Made by a program: the position numbers and the translations under genes. From the NCBI GenBank assembly GCA_963924565.1, contig OZ004611.1:17980001-18044000 (forward strand): a stretch of DNA of 64,000 nucleotides. The letters are read 5' to 3'. The stretch's first letter is position 1; each line of letters begins with the position of its first letter. Below the pieces are notes generated by a model. That model was not told the DNA's origin. It made no database searches and was given only the letters and a program-made list of their open reading frames with translations. The DNA comes from Ascidiella aspersa. Taxonomy: Eukaryota. Of the stretch, positions 1 to 12,557 are shown in pieces.

Positions 1-61
1 TTTAACAAATTTTTTAAAAACAAGGTTAAAAAAGTGGCCAAAACAAGGTTGAGAACCACTG
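1..61. mobile_element. Right end of a hAT-type MITE (truncated by window edge)
   Basis: GGTTGAGAACCACTG at 47-61 is the reverse complement of a CAGTGGTTCTCAACC terminus. Confidence 0.55.
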
Positions 62-69
62 GACTATAG

Positions 70-477
70 CAGTGGCGTAGCCAAACGAAAATTTTGTGGA
101 GGGGGGCAAAAAGTTTAAACTTTTTTTGTTTAGATTTTGCCATTGTATGAACTGCAGTATCGAACACAAATAAAAATGCTATAGCAAACCGTTCTAAACA
201 GCAACTGGCTGAGTTATAAAGCAATACTCAATACCATTCAAAGAGCAAAAACAAAATGACTAAAAAGGAGTAAAACTACATTAATAAGTATAGCAACCGT
301 AATAATAACTATACATCGTTTGTGACGTAACATTGTATGGCAATTGAAGGTGTATGCCTATGATCGACTGTTGTGGTACTGCAAAGAAATACTAAATAAC
401 AAATGATTAAAAGTATAATATTTATCATTTTAGGGGGGGCATGGCACATGTGCCCCCTTCCACTGGCTACGCCAGTA
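70..477 (+). mobile_element. MITE with CAGTGGCGTAGCCA termini (copy 1)
   Basis: Left end CAGTGGCGTAGCCA, right end TGGCTACGCCAGT, subterminal G6-7C tracts; body aligns by eye with 4122-4485. Confidence 0.75.
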
Positions 478-986
478 ACTGAAACGTTTATTTTATCTAT
501 TTTTCGATGGAATGTTTGGTTTTTGGCACAATAATATCAAAAATTACTTAACACGTCTTACTTATCACTGCCACGCACAAACCAACCGTTTTGATCTGCA
601 GTAAGCTACTTTACAGTGCGTCCGTAAAGCGAAATTATCGTGGTCACATAACAACATGAGTTAGCAATCATAATAAATCCGTTGTACGGATTTACAACTG
701 TGGCTCGCGAGCCCCGTATAATTTTTATGTAGTGGGAAAACTATTAACTGCACATCACAACGCCAATTTGTTAAGTAAGGCACTTTGTAATAGTATATAA
801 TTAGCAAAGTATACGTTCGAGAAGGAAATACGGCTGTTGGGGTAAACAAAAAAATGTAACTTGTACCTTGCTTAGAATTTTAATGTGATATTTATGAAAA
901 TATAGTATAACTTTGGCGCCTCTGAAACGCCTTTAGTAAATCATTACCGCCCATGTTGACAAAAGTTACACATATACGTTGTACAG

Positions 987-1589
987 CAGGGGTCGACAAT
1001 CCGCGAAATCTACGGTCCGCGAATGTAATTTAACCGACCCGCAGCCTCTTTAACAAAGTTGACACGAGTCCATTTCTCATACTTTTTGACTATTTTAACT
1101 ACGTAAGTGCGAACAATTTTCGCGCTTTGCGTTAACGATCTTTATACATCAGGTTTCTTTACGTTATGAGGCTGTCATTTGAGCTAGATTAGCGCTTCTT
1201 GCGCTGTGGAAGACTGACTGCCAAGTGCCAAAGTGCTTCGCGTACAAACGGAAAACGTATTCATAAATATTGGACATACATTTTAAATTTTTATTTTCGA
1301 AATGTAATAAAAATTTGCAAGAAATGCCGGTATACCCCCCCAAAAAATCGCGCTGGCTTCGCTCGCCAGGTGCGCCGGACTTAAATACATTAACAAACGC
1401 TGAATTAGGTTAAACATTAAGCTTATCGCGTTTTCTCAAAGTGGTTTTATTTCACTTTTCAATATGAATAACGACGTGTGGACTCGAATTTTAAACCAAA
1501 CAAACGCCCTTTTTTCGCTTTGCGTCAACACACTTTACTCTACTGCCTCCGCTGGACCCGGCCCGCGGGACGTATGTTGCCCGCCCCTG
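987..1589. mobile_element. hAT-type MITE
   Basis: Termini CAGGGGTCGACAAT and GTTGCCCGCCCCTG, subterminal ggcccgcg motifs, degenerate 8-bp flanks (ttgtacag/tcatagag). Confidence 0.65.
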
Positions 1590-1614
1590 TCATAGAGTAT
1601 ACTTAAAGAGCATA

Positions 1615-2000
1615 ATTTTGTGTTAATCATCATTACTTAAAAATGGAGACTTTGAAACGCGCACGACAGTCACCATTATACCTCCTTTTAAGAAACTGCT
1701 TCAGTTAAACAAATGTCGATGTTACACCAACAGCGGATGTTAGCGCAGAGACCGAACAGCAAGGAACATACTGGGTATAACTCGACGTTTTTTAGCGAGA
1801 AAAAAAGAAAGAAGGTTTGGCTTAGCGTTGTCAATTGTCGAATACACACTTGCTAATCAGTCAACCTAAACCTAAACAAATAACGAAAGAGAAAAACTTC
1901 CAGCGTTTACGGTCGACCAAGCAAAAGACAAAAAACGGCGTTTTGCACTCGAATTTGGTTTCGCATTAGATTAAGACGCGTGACCCAATTACTTAAAACC
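1615..2000 (+). repeat. Diverged interspersed repeat, inverted relative to its copy at ~10090-10580
   Basis: Colinear shared blocks: cgcacgaca; tttttagcgagaaaaa..gaagg; tcgaatacacactt; ttaagacgc..tgacc. Confidence 0.65.
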
Positions 2001-2069
2001 ACGCCGCTTCGAACAGTTTGTTAAACCATGACAAAAACGAACAAAAAACGATAATATCACTTACAAAAA

Positions 2070-2226
2070 GGGGGTAAGAACTCCCGCCCCCTGGATACGC
2101 CACTGGGGCAATGGATAATGTATAATATTTTTAACATATTACACTTAAAAATAATACTAATAATCGCATTTTGAAATTCCAAGGGGGGGTGCCTCCCCTT
2201 GCCCCCCCCCCGTGCGGGCGCCCATG
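2070..2226. mobile_element. Two MITE end fragments
   Basis: CCCCTGGATACGCCACTG (to 2105) and GGGGGGGTGC...GCCCCCCCCCGTGCGGGCGCCCATG (to ~2226) are typical right termini of G-tract MITEs. Confidence 0.45.
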
Positions 2227-3015
2227 ATTGTAAGTATGCAAAGACATTACCAACGCATTCTAGGTTTATTTTTATGATTAACACTCTGAGTATATCTGTG
2301 CTTTAAATTCTGTAAATCTCGCAGCTCATAAAGTTAAGTGGGCCGGCCTTTAGGTGCTATTTATTCTTTCCGTTACTATTTTGTTGTTTAATTGTAACAA
2401 AAAATGTAAAATACTGTTCCGGCGTTCCACTATTGAAAACTTCTGTCAAGTGCTAAAGCTGCTTCAGGGGTACAAAAAGAAAACTTCACTTGGAATTCCG
2501 TTGTAGAACACTCTTAAAGCCAAGTCCTCATCAGCAAGACTTGTTTCTGTTATTTTTTGTAACTAAATTGAACGTTATCTTTTGTAAAAGAACCCCGGTG
2601 ACGCCATGCAATCTACTTTCAAGAAAAGGGACATGCATGATCAACTTTTCAAAAGAGCCGATTGGTTATACTTTAGTAGTTTAGTAGCGTTGCTTGATAA
2701 ACTTGTTTTGTAATACTGAAAAAAGACTACATTATTGTGTCTTATATAGTTACTATTCAAAAAGATTGCAATACAAATCTAGCAAAAAAAAATATCAAAA
2801 TTGATATTACGATAGTTCATGCACCTATACTATAGCGACTGAATACTGACATACAGAATTCTGCTTTTGCTACTACGGTTAGCAGATAACACGTTCAAGT
2901 AATCAGCACTTCGGGCGAATTAAATGGCGTCCGTGATGTGAAATACATGTTGGCGCAATAACGTTTTCCTTTTTTAATTTTAAACCCTGCATTTTATAAT
3001 ATGGCAAATTAAAGA

Positions 3016-3210
3016 TCTAACATTGATACAGCGTATGTTGATTTTTCTAAGGTAGTTATATGTTCCCAGGCGCCAAACTTCTACACACCACCAATCTTGG
3101 CATTCAGTTGAGTCCCAAATAAAGTGATGTTTCATTTGATATGGAAATCGATAACGCTATTTTACAAGGTATGGATATATACGGCATAACCAATAAAGAT
3201 GTATTAACAG
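3016..3210 (+). pseudogene. Possible decayed non-LTR (CR1/L2-like) reverse transcriptase fragment
   Basis: SNIDTAYVDFSK at 3016-3051 resembles VDxxYLDFSKAFD; FDMEIDNAILQGMDIYGITNK further on resembles FDTVxHxILLxKLxxYGI. Interrupted and contains stops. Confidence 0.3.
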
Positions 3211-3648
3211 TGACCATCTGGCACTGCCGCAGCTTTCTTTAACCTACTGAGAAATTACTTCTAACATCTGGTATCGTTTAGTTATTTGTTTGGATTCGAC
3301 GCAAACAAAACTTATTAGTTGGACTAAACATCTTATAAAAAAAATGGAATTTTCAACACATGAGTCATGCAAATAAAAACACTAAACTGTGTCCTAAAGC
3401 AAATTGCAAAATTGTTACACCGATATAGAATGTCTGTCTTCCGCCGGTTTATAGTATTCATGCAGTATCGTATTTATTTATTTATTTTAACATCAGTATG
3501 TACACGAATAACATCTTAAAACAAAAAATACTGCAGCAAAAATTGTTTTGAGACTAACAGCCAAATACATGAATATCTTTTTCTTAATGTTTGGAAACCT
3601 TTAAAATTTAACCATGCGGTGATTGTTAATACTTTGGAGAAATATAAT

Positions 3649-3786
3649 TTAGCATGTTACAAGTTCCATGCGCATTGAACCGTGATCAAATACACTGGCG
3701 ATGTAAAGACGAAAGTATCTCGCTGTGATCGGCTCCGGGAATAAGTTGATTCTGTAAGTTGTTCTGTCGCTGTTGCCTCGAAATAC
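3649..3786 (-). CDS. Collagen-discoidin gene, exon 5 (C-terminal part of F5/8C, stop)
   Basis: ttttctttcgccag|VFRGNSDRTTYRINLFPEPITARYFRLYIASVFDHGSMRMELVTC*; ends in the terminal Cys typical of the domain. Confidence 0.9.
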   Translation of the reverse strand, partial: VFRGNSDRTTYRINLFPEPITARYFRLYIASVFDHGSMRMELVTC

Positions 3787-6626
3787 CTGGCGAAAGAAAA
3801 TTACATTTGAACTATGGATGCGTTACTGCTCAACAGCAAACCGCTCATCTATACGAAAAATAACTGTAATCAACTGTTATAAATATGGAAAAAAGATGAC
3901 ACATGGATCGAGTTTTTATGTCGGTAAAAATATTTATAAACCAATAAAAAAGTGTTGTGCGTCATGGCAACAAAATATTGACACAAGAAGGGCACACAGT
4001 CTACTGCCCTGAAAGATATTTGTATTCATATTACACGGTGGGCCAATATCTGAATGAACCTTGGCCTACTCGCTAAACGCAGGGAAATTCCAGAAACTTA
4101 GTTTGATTCTGAAGCTCACCCCAGTGGCATAACCAGCCGAAACTTTTTGGGGGGGGGGGCAAAGAGTTTGAACTAATGTGTTTAGCTTTGTCATTATATT
4201 AACTTACATAACGAAAACAAATAACAATGCTTGCAAACCGTTTCGAGCAGCAACTGACGTAGTGGTAACGCAATACTCAAAAACCATTTAAAGAGCAAAA
4301 ACTGTCTAAAAGTAGTAAAACTACATTATTGTATAGCAAACGTAATATTAATGACATCGTTTGTGACGTAACAGTGCATGACAATTAAGGGTGTGGCATG
4401 CCTGTGATCGACTGTTGTGATACCGCTCATAAATTCCCAAAAAACAAACTATTAATAGAAAAAAAATTATAGTTTTTTGGGGATGGGCTCGACCAAACTT
4501 TTAACACATGAGAATCTTAACACCTACGGGAGTTGCGACGCTATACACTGAAGCAATAACAAATTAAGCGACAACAAGGCAAACGAAATTAGTGCTTTAA
4601 TTCCTGGTAGAATTGCAGTTAGGTAAATAAAAATTACTATATTTTCGGGTCATAAAATTACTATATTTGTGTCGCGGACCTAAACCTTTAGCCCACCCGT
4701 GTCCAACTCAAACATGCCGGCGTGCAATTTTTATCTTATAACTTCTTTCCGTGCCAAAGTTTAGTAGGTATAATAAAAGCGCTTTTTAACAAGTAATAAA
4801 AACGTTTATTTGCTTATTTGCACATGAAAAACATTTCTTTATTTAATCAAGCAAACCACTCATATTTGACCAAATGCTTATATAGTCTAATTATGTGAAT
4901 GCTAGCCTGCAAAAGGAAATTTTAGGGACGGACGCAATTTTGTCTTCGACAATTTCACTTATCGACAGGACAAAAGTACGTCACCCCATGTCTTCATGAA
5001 ATAAGCAACTTAAAAAGTTACTGTATTCATTCTTTGCGACATACCACTTCAAAAGTTACCTTTATATAGTCCAAAAAAGTATGTCAGTTAAACAAGCAAA
5101 GAAAAAAGAAAACGTTTACACTAATATAATTATACAATCGTGCAATAATGATTCCCACACCTTGTTTTGGTTGTTTTGCTTTATGTAACGTAAACTGGTA
5201 GTTGTGTCGCCATATGCTATTCGGAAAGATGTCACCCAATGGTCGAAAAACTGTCTTCCTTGAGTAATGATGCCGGTGACTTTACGTGGGTTGGTCAAGT
5301 CTACCTGAATCCATTGATCGATCGAGCCTATTTTTTTAATTAGGCAAGTTATATAGATTTCCAAATGGAACATACACGAAACTTTTAGGTTGATTTCTGG
5401 TCTAAATCTACCAACATTCCATTATTTTCTCTTTTCAATATTAAAATATCTATATTTTTAAGTTTTTTTGTTTCCTTTTTACATATTAATTTTGCAAGGA
5501 ATTATTTTTTCGGTGTAAGGTTATCTATGATTAGAATGCACCAACGGATCAAAACAATGAATAGTTTTATATTTAAAGTATTGCTAAGGCTACAGTCATC
5601 GTAATAAAACTTAGGTAAGTATAGATGAAAACATTGCTTAACATCAGTTTAAGTTACTCCCTGTTCGTGTGCATTAAGGCAACAGATTGTCATACAAACG
5701 TTATTCGCAAAAATAGTGCAATAGGTTGAAGTACTTTTTTACTAGATAAGTGATGTTCATACTTGTATTATATTGGCTTGAGTAGTACAAACAAATAAAA
5801 CAGATTACCATTAACAGCCCCAGCGGCCCAAACACCATAATTGGTAGCGCTATTGGATGGATTATCGAGTCTTCCACGAAACGCTTCAAATCCCTGAGGC
5901 CTCGCCATAGTAGAAGATATCATATTCTTGTTTGGTAGTTTTCCGGTTTTAATTCCAACCGAACACTTATCTAAATTACAGTTACATTGGACTCAACTAC
6001 TTTACATCTTTACTTTAAAACATAGTCCACTTACCAGGATCTTGAGTAAATTCAAATAAGACTCTTTGCGCTTTTGTTTCTTCCAAAACAGCTGAAAGTA
6101 TAAACAAGAAAGCCTAACAAAAAAGTTACACCAGAAAATATTCAATATAAATTTAAAACTTAATAATTCTAACAGTAATTGTGCAGAACTTATTACTAGT
6201 TTTAAAACAGTTAGGATTTTACATAGGCTTAGTCCTTAGCATTGTTGGTTTGTTTTTTCTGCCGTTTAATCAACATTTGTTGAACAAAACAAGAATAACT
6301 AAAACTTCAAATCAAATTTTATTATTATAAAAATCACTTTAGTAAGCTGAATTCTGTTACTCTTTCGATTGTTTACCATTTATAATTGCAACGTCCTTTT
6401 CCAGTTTCTCAATCGGTTCTTCGTCACATTCGCATGTCCCAGTTGGTCCCATGTCACCCGGTGGGCCTGGAGGCCCCATCGGGCCCCTGTCGCCTGGTGA
6501 TCCCTTACCACCGCCCGACATCATTTTTTCGATAGTGAGATAGATGTTGTCGTCATCACATCTACTCAACGATATGCTCAACACAAAAATGCAGAGGAGC
6601 AGCATCAAAACTTGATTCGTAAACAT
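3649..6626 (-). CDS. Secreted short-collagen / coiled-coil / F5/8 type C (discoidin) domain protein, 5 coding exons, 257 aa (whole-gene span)
   Basis: Exons on the minus strand: 6626-6377, 6091-6035, 5970-5809, 5327-5161 and 3786-3649. Lengths 250+57+162+167+138 = 774 nt = 257 aa + stop. All introns are GT-AG with phases 1,1,1,0. The product has an N-terminal hydrophobic signal, GGK GSP GDR GPM GPP GPP GDM GPT GTC, and F5/8C motifs (GRLDN, WAA, QWIQVDL, VTGIITQGR, WVTSF, FRGNSD, ARYFRL, MRMELVTC). Confidence 0.9.
4122..4485 (+). mobile_element. Same MITE family (copy 2, 3'-truncated) in intron 4 of the collagen-discoidin gene
   Basis: Shares blocks with 70-430, e.g. gcaatactcaa, aagagcaaaa, gtaaaactacatta, acatcgtttgtgacgtaaca, tgatcgactgttgtg. 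Confidence 0.75.
5161..5327 (-). CDS. Collagen-discoidin gene, exon 4 (F5/8C core)
   Basis: aatag|...|gtgtgg; reads GSIDQWIQVDLTNPRKVTGIITQGRQFFDHWVTSFRIAYGDTTTSLRYIKQNNQNK. Confidence 0.9.
5809..5970 (-). CDS. Collagen-discoidin gene, exon 3 (N-terminal part of F5/8C)
   Basis: atttag|...|gtaatc; reads DKCSVGIKTGKLPNKNMISSTMARPQGFEAFRGRLDNPSNSATNYGVWAAGAVN. Confidence 0.88.
6035..6091 (-). CDS. Collagen-discoidin gene, exon 2 (neck)
   Basis: tactttcag|...|gtaagt; 57 nt; reads AVLEETKAQRVLFEFTQDP in frame with both neighbouring exons. Confidence 0.8.
6377..6626 (-). CDS. Collagen-discoidin gene, exon 1 (signal peptide, Gly-X-Y, CECD, start of neck)
   Basis: ATG at 6626; MFTNQVLMLLLCIFVLSISLSRC...IEKLEKDVAIIN; donor G|GTAAAC, phase 1. 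Confidence 0.9.
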
Positions 6627-6775
6627 TTTATGTTTGGGTAAAGGTATATTTTGTACACTATTCTAAAAAACATAGCAACGTTATAAATGAACATTTGATG
6701 CTTTAAGCACTCTTCGGACACTAAACTTCAAACTTATCTTATCCTACCTTTTGGGCAATTTAGTTAAAAACACGA

Positions 6776-6776
<1 letters not shown>

Positions 6777-6802
<26 letters not shown>
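6777..6802. repeat. (TA)n microsatellite
   Basis: About 13 TA units. Confidence 0.9.
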
Positions 6803-6809
<7 letters not shown>

Positions 6810-8817
6810 GTTTATTTTACATTTATTGTGGTGCAGCCTAACAACTTTTAATGGTGCATAAAATTTTATCTACAGAGACACATCGATCATGCTCACAGAT
6901 ATATCTACTGAATATATCCTCCACAACCTGTGGGGCATAGAAACTAAATATAAAATATTTTGTGATTTATTTTCATGCTGGCCGATTGTTGAAACCAATT
7001 TTAGTAGAATAGTCATGTCTAAAAAGGAAACTGTAATCTACGGAAATGACCACATGGGCGGATATAGAAATCACTAGATAAGCGGATAATCGAATTACTA
7101 ATTTATTTTTGAATCAACGCTGTTTAAACAGTAATATATTGTTTTAACGAAAACGTTTATTATTTGGTTAACCAATAAGTCAACAGAAAAAATAAAAATT
7201 TAAATTCCTGTTTGCACAATCCCCCCAAATTTTCCATCCGGCAACTAAAGTATATTCTTACGTATTTGGACATTATTCTGACTGGTTCAGATCATGTTCC
7301 GACTCAATGTGTAGTTTATTTGAACATGGCAAATATTGACCTGTTATTTATTGTTCTGTTTTATATAAGATGATATACAATTAAATGATGTGGAAAACAT
7401 GTAAATAAGAGAGGAAAAAATGTAATGAGCCAATGCGTAGTTGGTGAGAATCTACTCCTAGCTTGTCTTATTGTTGCGAAACAAAAGCGGATTGTTTGTT
7501 GAGATACGTGACAAAGAATGAGCGAATTTAGGCAATTTCAAAACGCTTTGTGTGCAACTGTAGGAAATTAACAAAAGCTCCTGCGCTCAAAAAGAACATT
7601 GAGAACGCGATACAGCTCAATATAATAGCAAACGTTTTTAAGAAACTGCCTTCAAATAAAAACATTTTTGATGTTAAAAAGTTTATATATAATTTGTTAT
7701 ATACGATAGTCATAGTGTATGCTCGACAATGGGAGTGTACAGTGGATATTATTGGCAACGTTTCCAAACAGAGACGTCTGTGTTCGTTGTACGAGGGCCA
7801 TAAACCATCGTTGAATGCGAGGCCTACAAAAGGCGGCCGTCCCTCGCAAGCTGAGCATAATGCGACAAGGTTGTTAACGCTTGCCTTTCATGATTCAGGA
7901 GGCATAGACATTTACATTCTTTACAATATTGCCGGACAAGTGGCTCTACGAGGCACATTGTGAACAATTCAGTGAATAGCAATAAAAAGGGCCCTTGTAA
8001 TAAGACAAAACGCTTTTATACGAATGCTTTTCTATACGCACTGTGGAGTGTACCCGGATGGAAACAGTTGAACAGTCAGTACAGTATTTAACGTTTCAGA
8101 AGCTGGTTTAAACAGTCAGTATGCACCTAACGGATCATCTGATATAAATGCCAAAAGTTATTTTGAATGTTAAAAAATAAGGGAATAATAGGGTTTTAAA
8201 AAGGTATTTCTGTCCTCCAAGATATAGCTACCGGATTACGACCATCACAAATCATAATATCGGCATTAACAAACATTCAAGGTAAGTTAAGTGTTTGCAT
8301 AATCTGTACTTGTGCGGGGTGTGTAACATTGCTTTCAGTTTCAGTTTATTTTACTAGTGTGGTCCTAAATAAATCAGGATTATGTTAGGGGGGCAGTTTT
8401 AGCAATTATTTTATAGAAAGAAGCTGCAGTTGTTGAAAAAACGAATTTGGGGCCGTGCCTATTGGTTTTTCAGTGCTTACGTTGAAGGTAGATGGAAAGG
8501 TGACGTTTAGGATGGATAGGAAGACTCAAGATTTTACAGAGATTCTCCAGCCAATAAAAAAAGTCGTAAAATTAGTCCAACAACATTATGTTATAGTTGG
8601 TTGAGATAAAAGCTCCAGTCGACTATTACTCTTTCACATCACAAATTTTTAAATAATTTGAAGTCATTTAAAAATTAATTCAGATCTGTGATACAAAACT
8701 TTCTGGTCTTTGCAAAACATATTTCCAAATATATATATTCGACTAGGTGAAATAGTCAAGCGAAAACTCGTTTAAGTAATTATAAAGGGGTCTGGACCGA
8801 GTACTTCGACGCAGTAA

Positions 8818-9313
8818 TAGGGACTTTCAGCACCCAAAATGAGGACATTTTTTGCCGGCAAGTAAAACGAAAGTAGAATTGTTTCATTTGGGTTTAATGA
8901 TGATTTATGCTGATTTTCGGGATGTTCGGTTGTTTTGGGATTCTCGGATTAGTTTTCCATAGGAAGTTTGGTGCTGGCCAACCAAGCGCTATTTGTTGCG
9001 AGCGCGTTTGTTTTGCTGTTGGCGGCTGCCGAAAGAGTTATAAGTGACGATTTAAAAAATCCTAAGTTAGGGCTGGTAGGGCAATTTGTTGGAAAACTTT
9101 TTTTAAACCAGCAATTCAGCATGTTACATGACTACAGTATTTTTTGGAAATAAATACAGCGTCTCGCCTAAAAGTCTTGTTGTAAGTATAAAAGCAACTA
9201 ACTCGAAATGTGAAAAAAGAGGACATTTGGACATTTTTGAGCGTCCTCGGAGGACAATTCAATTTTCTTTAAAAAAGAGGACAAATGCTCACAAAAGAGG
9301 ACATATGGTAGGC
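8818..9313. mobile_element. MITE with AGAGGACA subterminal repeats
   Basis: Right end has repeated aaaagaggaca and ends ...GGACATATGGTAGGCCA; it is the reverse complement of the 47023-47126 fragment (TAGGGCTACCATACGTCCTC). Left end degenerate. Confidence 0.6.
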
Positions 9314-10089
9314 CAACGAAGTAACCTTAATCAGACCAAAGTAACTAAGGTCCGCGAAAGTGTCCAGCCCGCCAAGCGAGCGAGCTAATCCACTGACATT
9401 TAATTTTAAATGAAACGTTTCTATATATTTTTCCCCGACTTGACGACGCGTCTGTGACGCTTTGCTAGCATTAATTTTTTTTGTTTTTTTTTAATTGTAA
9501 CGTGGTTTATATGCAGCTATACGCCGTAAAGCTAATGGACTCTACAATATGTTCTTAAAAAAGGACATTCACGCAAAAAATCCCAACAGAACAACAATTT
9601 ATTCAAGTTAATTTTTTATGACGTCACATTTAGACGTAACTTTATGTTGTCATCTCTTAAAAGCAGTGTTGTATCCAAAGAGTACCTTTTTTGATAATAA
9701 TGTCATTTTTTGTTGCTTTTGGGGGGTTCAACTCATGAAGCGGCAATTCGAAGAGGCAATGATTTTTAATGTAATTAGGGCAAGCGCAAAATGTTGGACA
9801 CTTGCGCACATTTCATAGTCTGTATACGTGAAAAAAAGTAATATTTTGTTATCAACCTTAAGCACCAATCGTTTCATGTAGCCACAGTTTTTGCAATGGT
9901 GTTTACTTCTAATGCCTTCAGTAGCCAATTTTTACTTCACCAAAATTTATAAATTTCTTTATATTCCAGTAACGTGTACGGACAAAAACTGCCCAAATTA
10001 GTTTGTTTCAAACTACTTGCGAAAAAACGGAAAGAAAGTGACAGCCAAAAAAGGTCTTTCGCGCAGTCGCAGCCCATTTGGGCACTTTA

Positions 10090-10580
10090 ACGTTTGATAT
10101 AAGTTGGTCACTTTGCGTCTTAAGCTTAATAATACGAAATCTAAATGAAACGCAAAACGATGTCTTTCTTTTCCTAATTGCACCTGGGTCAACGCAGACG
10201 CAGGAAACTTATTCCCCGTAGGCGCCTTTCTCTATTTTGTTCAGTTTGGCTAATCGGAAGTGTGTATTCGACAACTCAGCGTATACAATGGTTTATTCCG
10301 TACGCAGAAAGGATTTTTCAATGAAATAGGAGTTTTTGTAGACAGCATAAACAAAATTTACAAGACTAAATCAAGCCTTCTTCCCCTTTTCTCGCTAAAA
10401 ATGTCGATTTAGGCACAGTAAATGTTCTGGCTTTTATGTACTTGTGTGCGCTAATATCCGGTGTGGCCTCTTTAACTAAAGCAAATTCTCTTGGTCTAAC
10501 TTTGAGAAGAGTGGTCTAACTTTGAATGTCGTGCGTGTTTTGAGTCAATATTTTTATGAAATAATAGTTACCGCAAACTG
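10090..10580 (-). repeat. Second copy (reverse orientation) of the 1615-2000 repeat
   Basis: Reverse complement contains tcgacatttttagcgagaaaaagg, tcgaatacacacttcc and ttaagacgcaaagtgacc in the same order. Confidence 0.65.
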
Positions 10581-11360
10581 AGTACTGTTTCAACCGTTTA
10601 ACTCAGGCTGACTAACTTATAAACAGCAAAAGAGTTTTGGGGTAATATTCCAAAAAAAACGTATCCAACTGTTTACATTTGCGTAGAAATCGCATAGCTT
10701 TCTGTCAGGGGCGGATCTAGGGGGCACAAGTCATCATGGCTGGCTCCTCACATCTTTTGGCGCTTAATTTTTACGTAACATGGGACTGTGTGTTAGCTCA
10801 TTATGATAGATTTGATTCAATGGCGCCGTGTGTACCTTGGTATTCTATCTTAAAGGTTTGCGCACACCATCTATTCTACACAAATATATCTTTGTCGCGT
10901 TTTGCTTGAGATATTTAGTTCTGTAGTTCATAAACATAAGTTCCATGGTATAGCGGTTGTTTTTGGGCCAAAATGCTATTTCTGTCCAACTGTTTATTTT
11001 TCTAACAAAAGCCGAATCTCTATGGTGTCGTTTTATCCTTGGTCCACCTCTGTAAGAATGGCGCAAACTTGGTCCAGCTTGCGTTAAATGCTGTATCAAT
11101 TGTCTTATGATTGCTGATGATGTTTCATGCAACGTTTTTTAGGACCCGCTACACTTCACATTAACTTACCTTATTTACAACATTTCTATCTATGTGATTC
11201 GCGGGATAGCAAGATGAATGTTCTTTAATTAGCTAAGATGTATTGGCTCGCTTGGTCGTATGGCTCATAGTGCCTCCACATAACACAACCTGTGTTACAC
11301 CAGTCAAGGCAGCGTACAAAACGGCGAAATGCGATTCTAAATCTTATCATAAGGACAACA

Positions 11361-11769
11361 GGAGGCTTGATGTATTTTTGCACAATGTGCGTAAAATGTG
11401 CACGCGCAAATGTGCGTAGAGTTAGAATTAGAGTCTGAATGGTAAAAATTAGAATCAGAATGGTAAAGAATTAGAGTCACAATGGCAAAGAATTAGATTC
11501 AGAATGGTAAACTTATAAGATTTAGAATGACCGCTAGAGCTGGAGTTAAAGTAACTTTAACTTCAGCCCTACTGTAATTCTCAAGCTTCCTCTGACTCTA
11601 GCGCCAACTCTATTTAACTCTTGTATCTCTTACTTTTTTAACTCTTGTATATCAACTCTTTTCATACTAACTCTTCTAACACTAACCTAACTCTTCTAAC
11701 ACTCTTTTAATTTTAACTAATTCTGCGTGCACATTTTTGCGCGAATTGCACCAATAATGCTCGCATCCC
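11361..11769. mobile_element. Foldback (palindromic) element with internal degenerate tandem repeats
   Basis: Inverted ends (aaaatgtgcacgc / gcgtgcacatttt); ttagaatcagaatggtaaag-type repeats on the left and taactctt-type repeats on the right; central hairpin gagttaaagt-a-actttaactt. Confidence 0.65.
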
Positions 11770-11818
11770 AGTCTCCACAAGTTGACGAAATACGTAACAA
11801 TATTTACCCATACTAAAG

Positions 11819-12557
11819 CAGGGGTTCTTAAACTGGGGTCCATGGACCCTTGGGGGTATGTGAACTAGTTTTATGAAGGCCTAATAGAACTATTAGTGTG
11901 TATCTAAGCAATTAATTCTTTAAAGAAAGTAGTATAGTTAAAAATAAAACTTTTGCACTGGATATCCTTAGACTTCATTTCATTTCACATTTTTAGACCG
12001 AAAACAGCAAATTTATAAAGTCTATCGGTATTGTGACGTCTATTTGCAACACTGCTTTGACGTCTACAGAAAGACCATTTAACAACTTAAAATACATTTT
12101 GCGAATCTGAGGCAAAATTACTTAAAAAGAAATGATATTGGTCAAAAATGACATTGCAATGTCATTGCCCGAGGTTCTGACTTTAATGTTGAAAGCATTA
12201 AAATGTGATTTTGTTTCTTCTTAAAATCATTGCCATGTTTTTTGTAGGGTTCCTGCCTGTTACGAAGTAATAGTTTAATACCATGCGACCATTTTTGTTA
12301 TTATAGATAAACGTTAGTTATGAAATAATGTTATCAGCATCTTTAGCAGATATCGAAGTTATTTCTTATGTCACTAATACGAAGTGTATAAAGCTGAAAT
12401 GCACATTGCGAAGTAAATTTCCTTGCCATTCTACAATATATATGATTTAGAGATATTTTTGTTAGCAAAATTTGATATTAGATGAATTAAAAATATTTTT
12501 TAGTAAGTTCTTTGCGACCATTTCTGAAGATTCACGCCCCCAGTTTAAAAACACCTG
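11819..12557. mobile_element. hAT-type MITE (possibly composite)
   Basis: Termini CAGGGGTTCTTAAACTGGGG and CCCCAGTTTAAAAACACCTG; the flanking 8-mers do not match. Confidence 0.55.

Noticed and set aside
7528-8290. 137-aa ORF and a strong AAG|GTAAGT donor at 8281
   Set aside because: I could not build a frame-consistent multi-exon model or recognise a protein.
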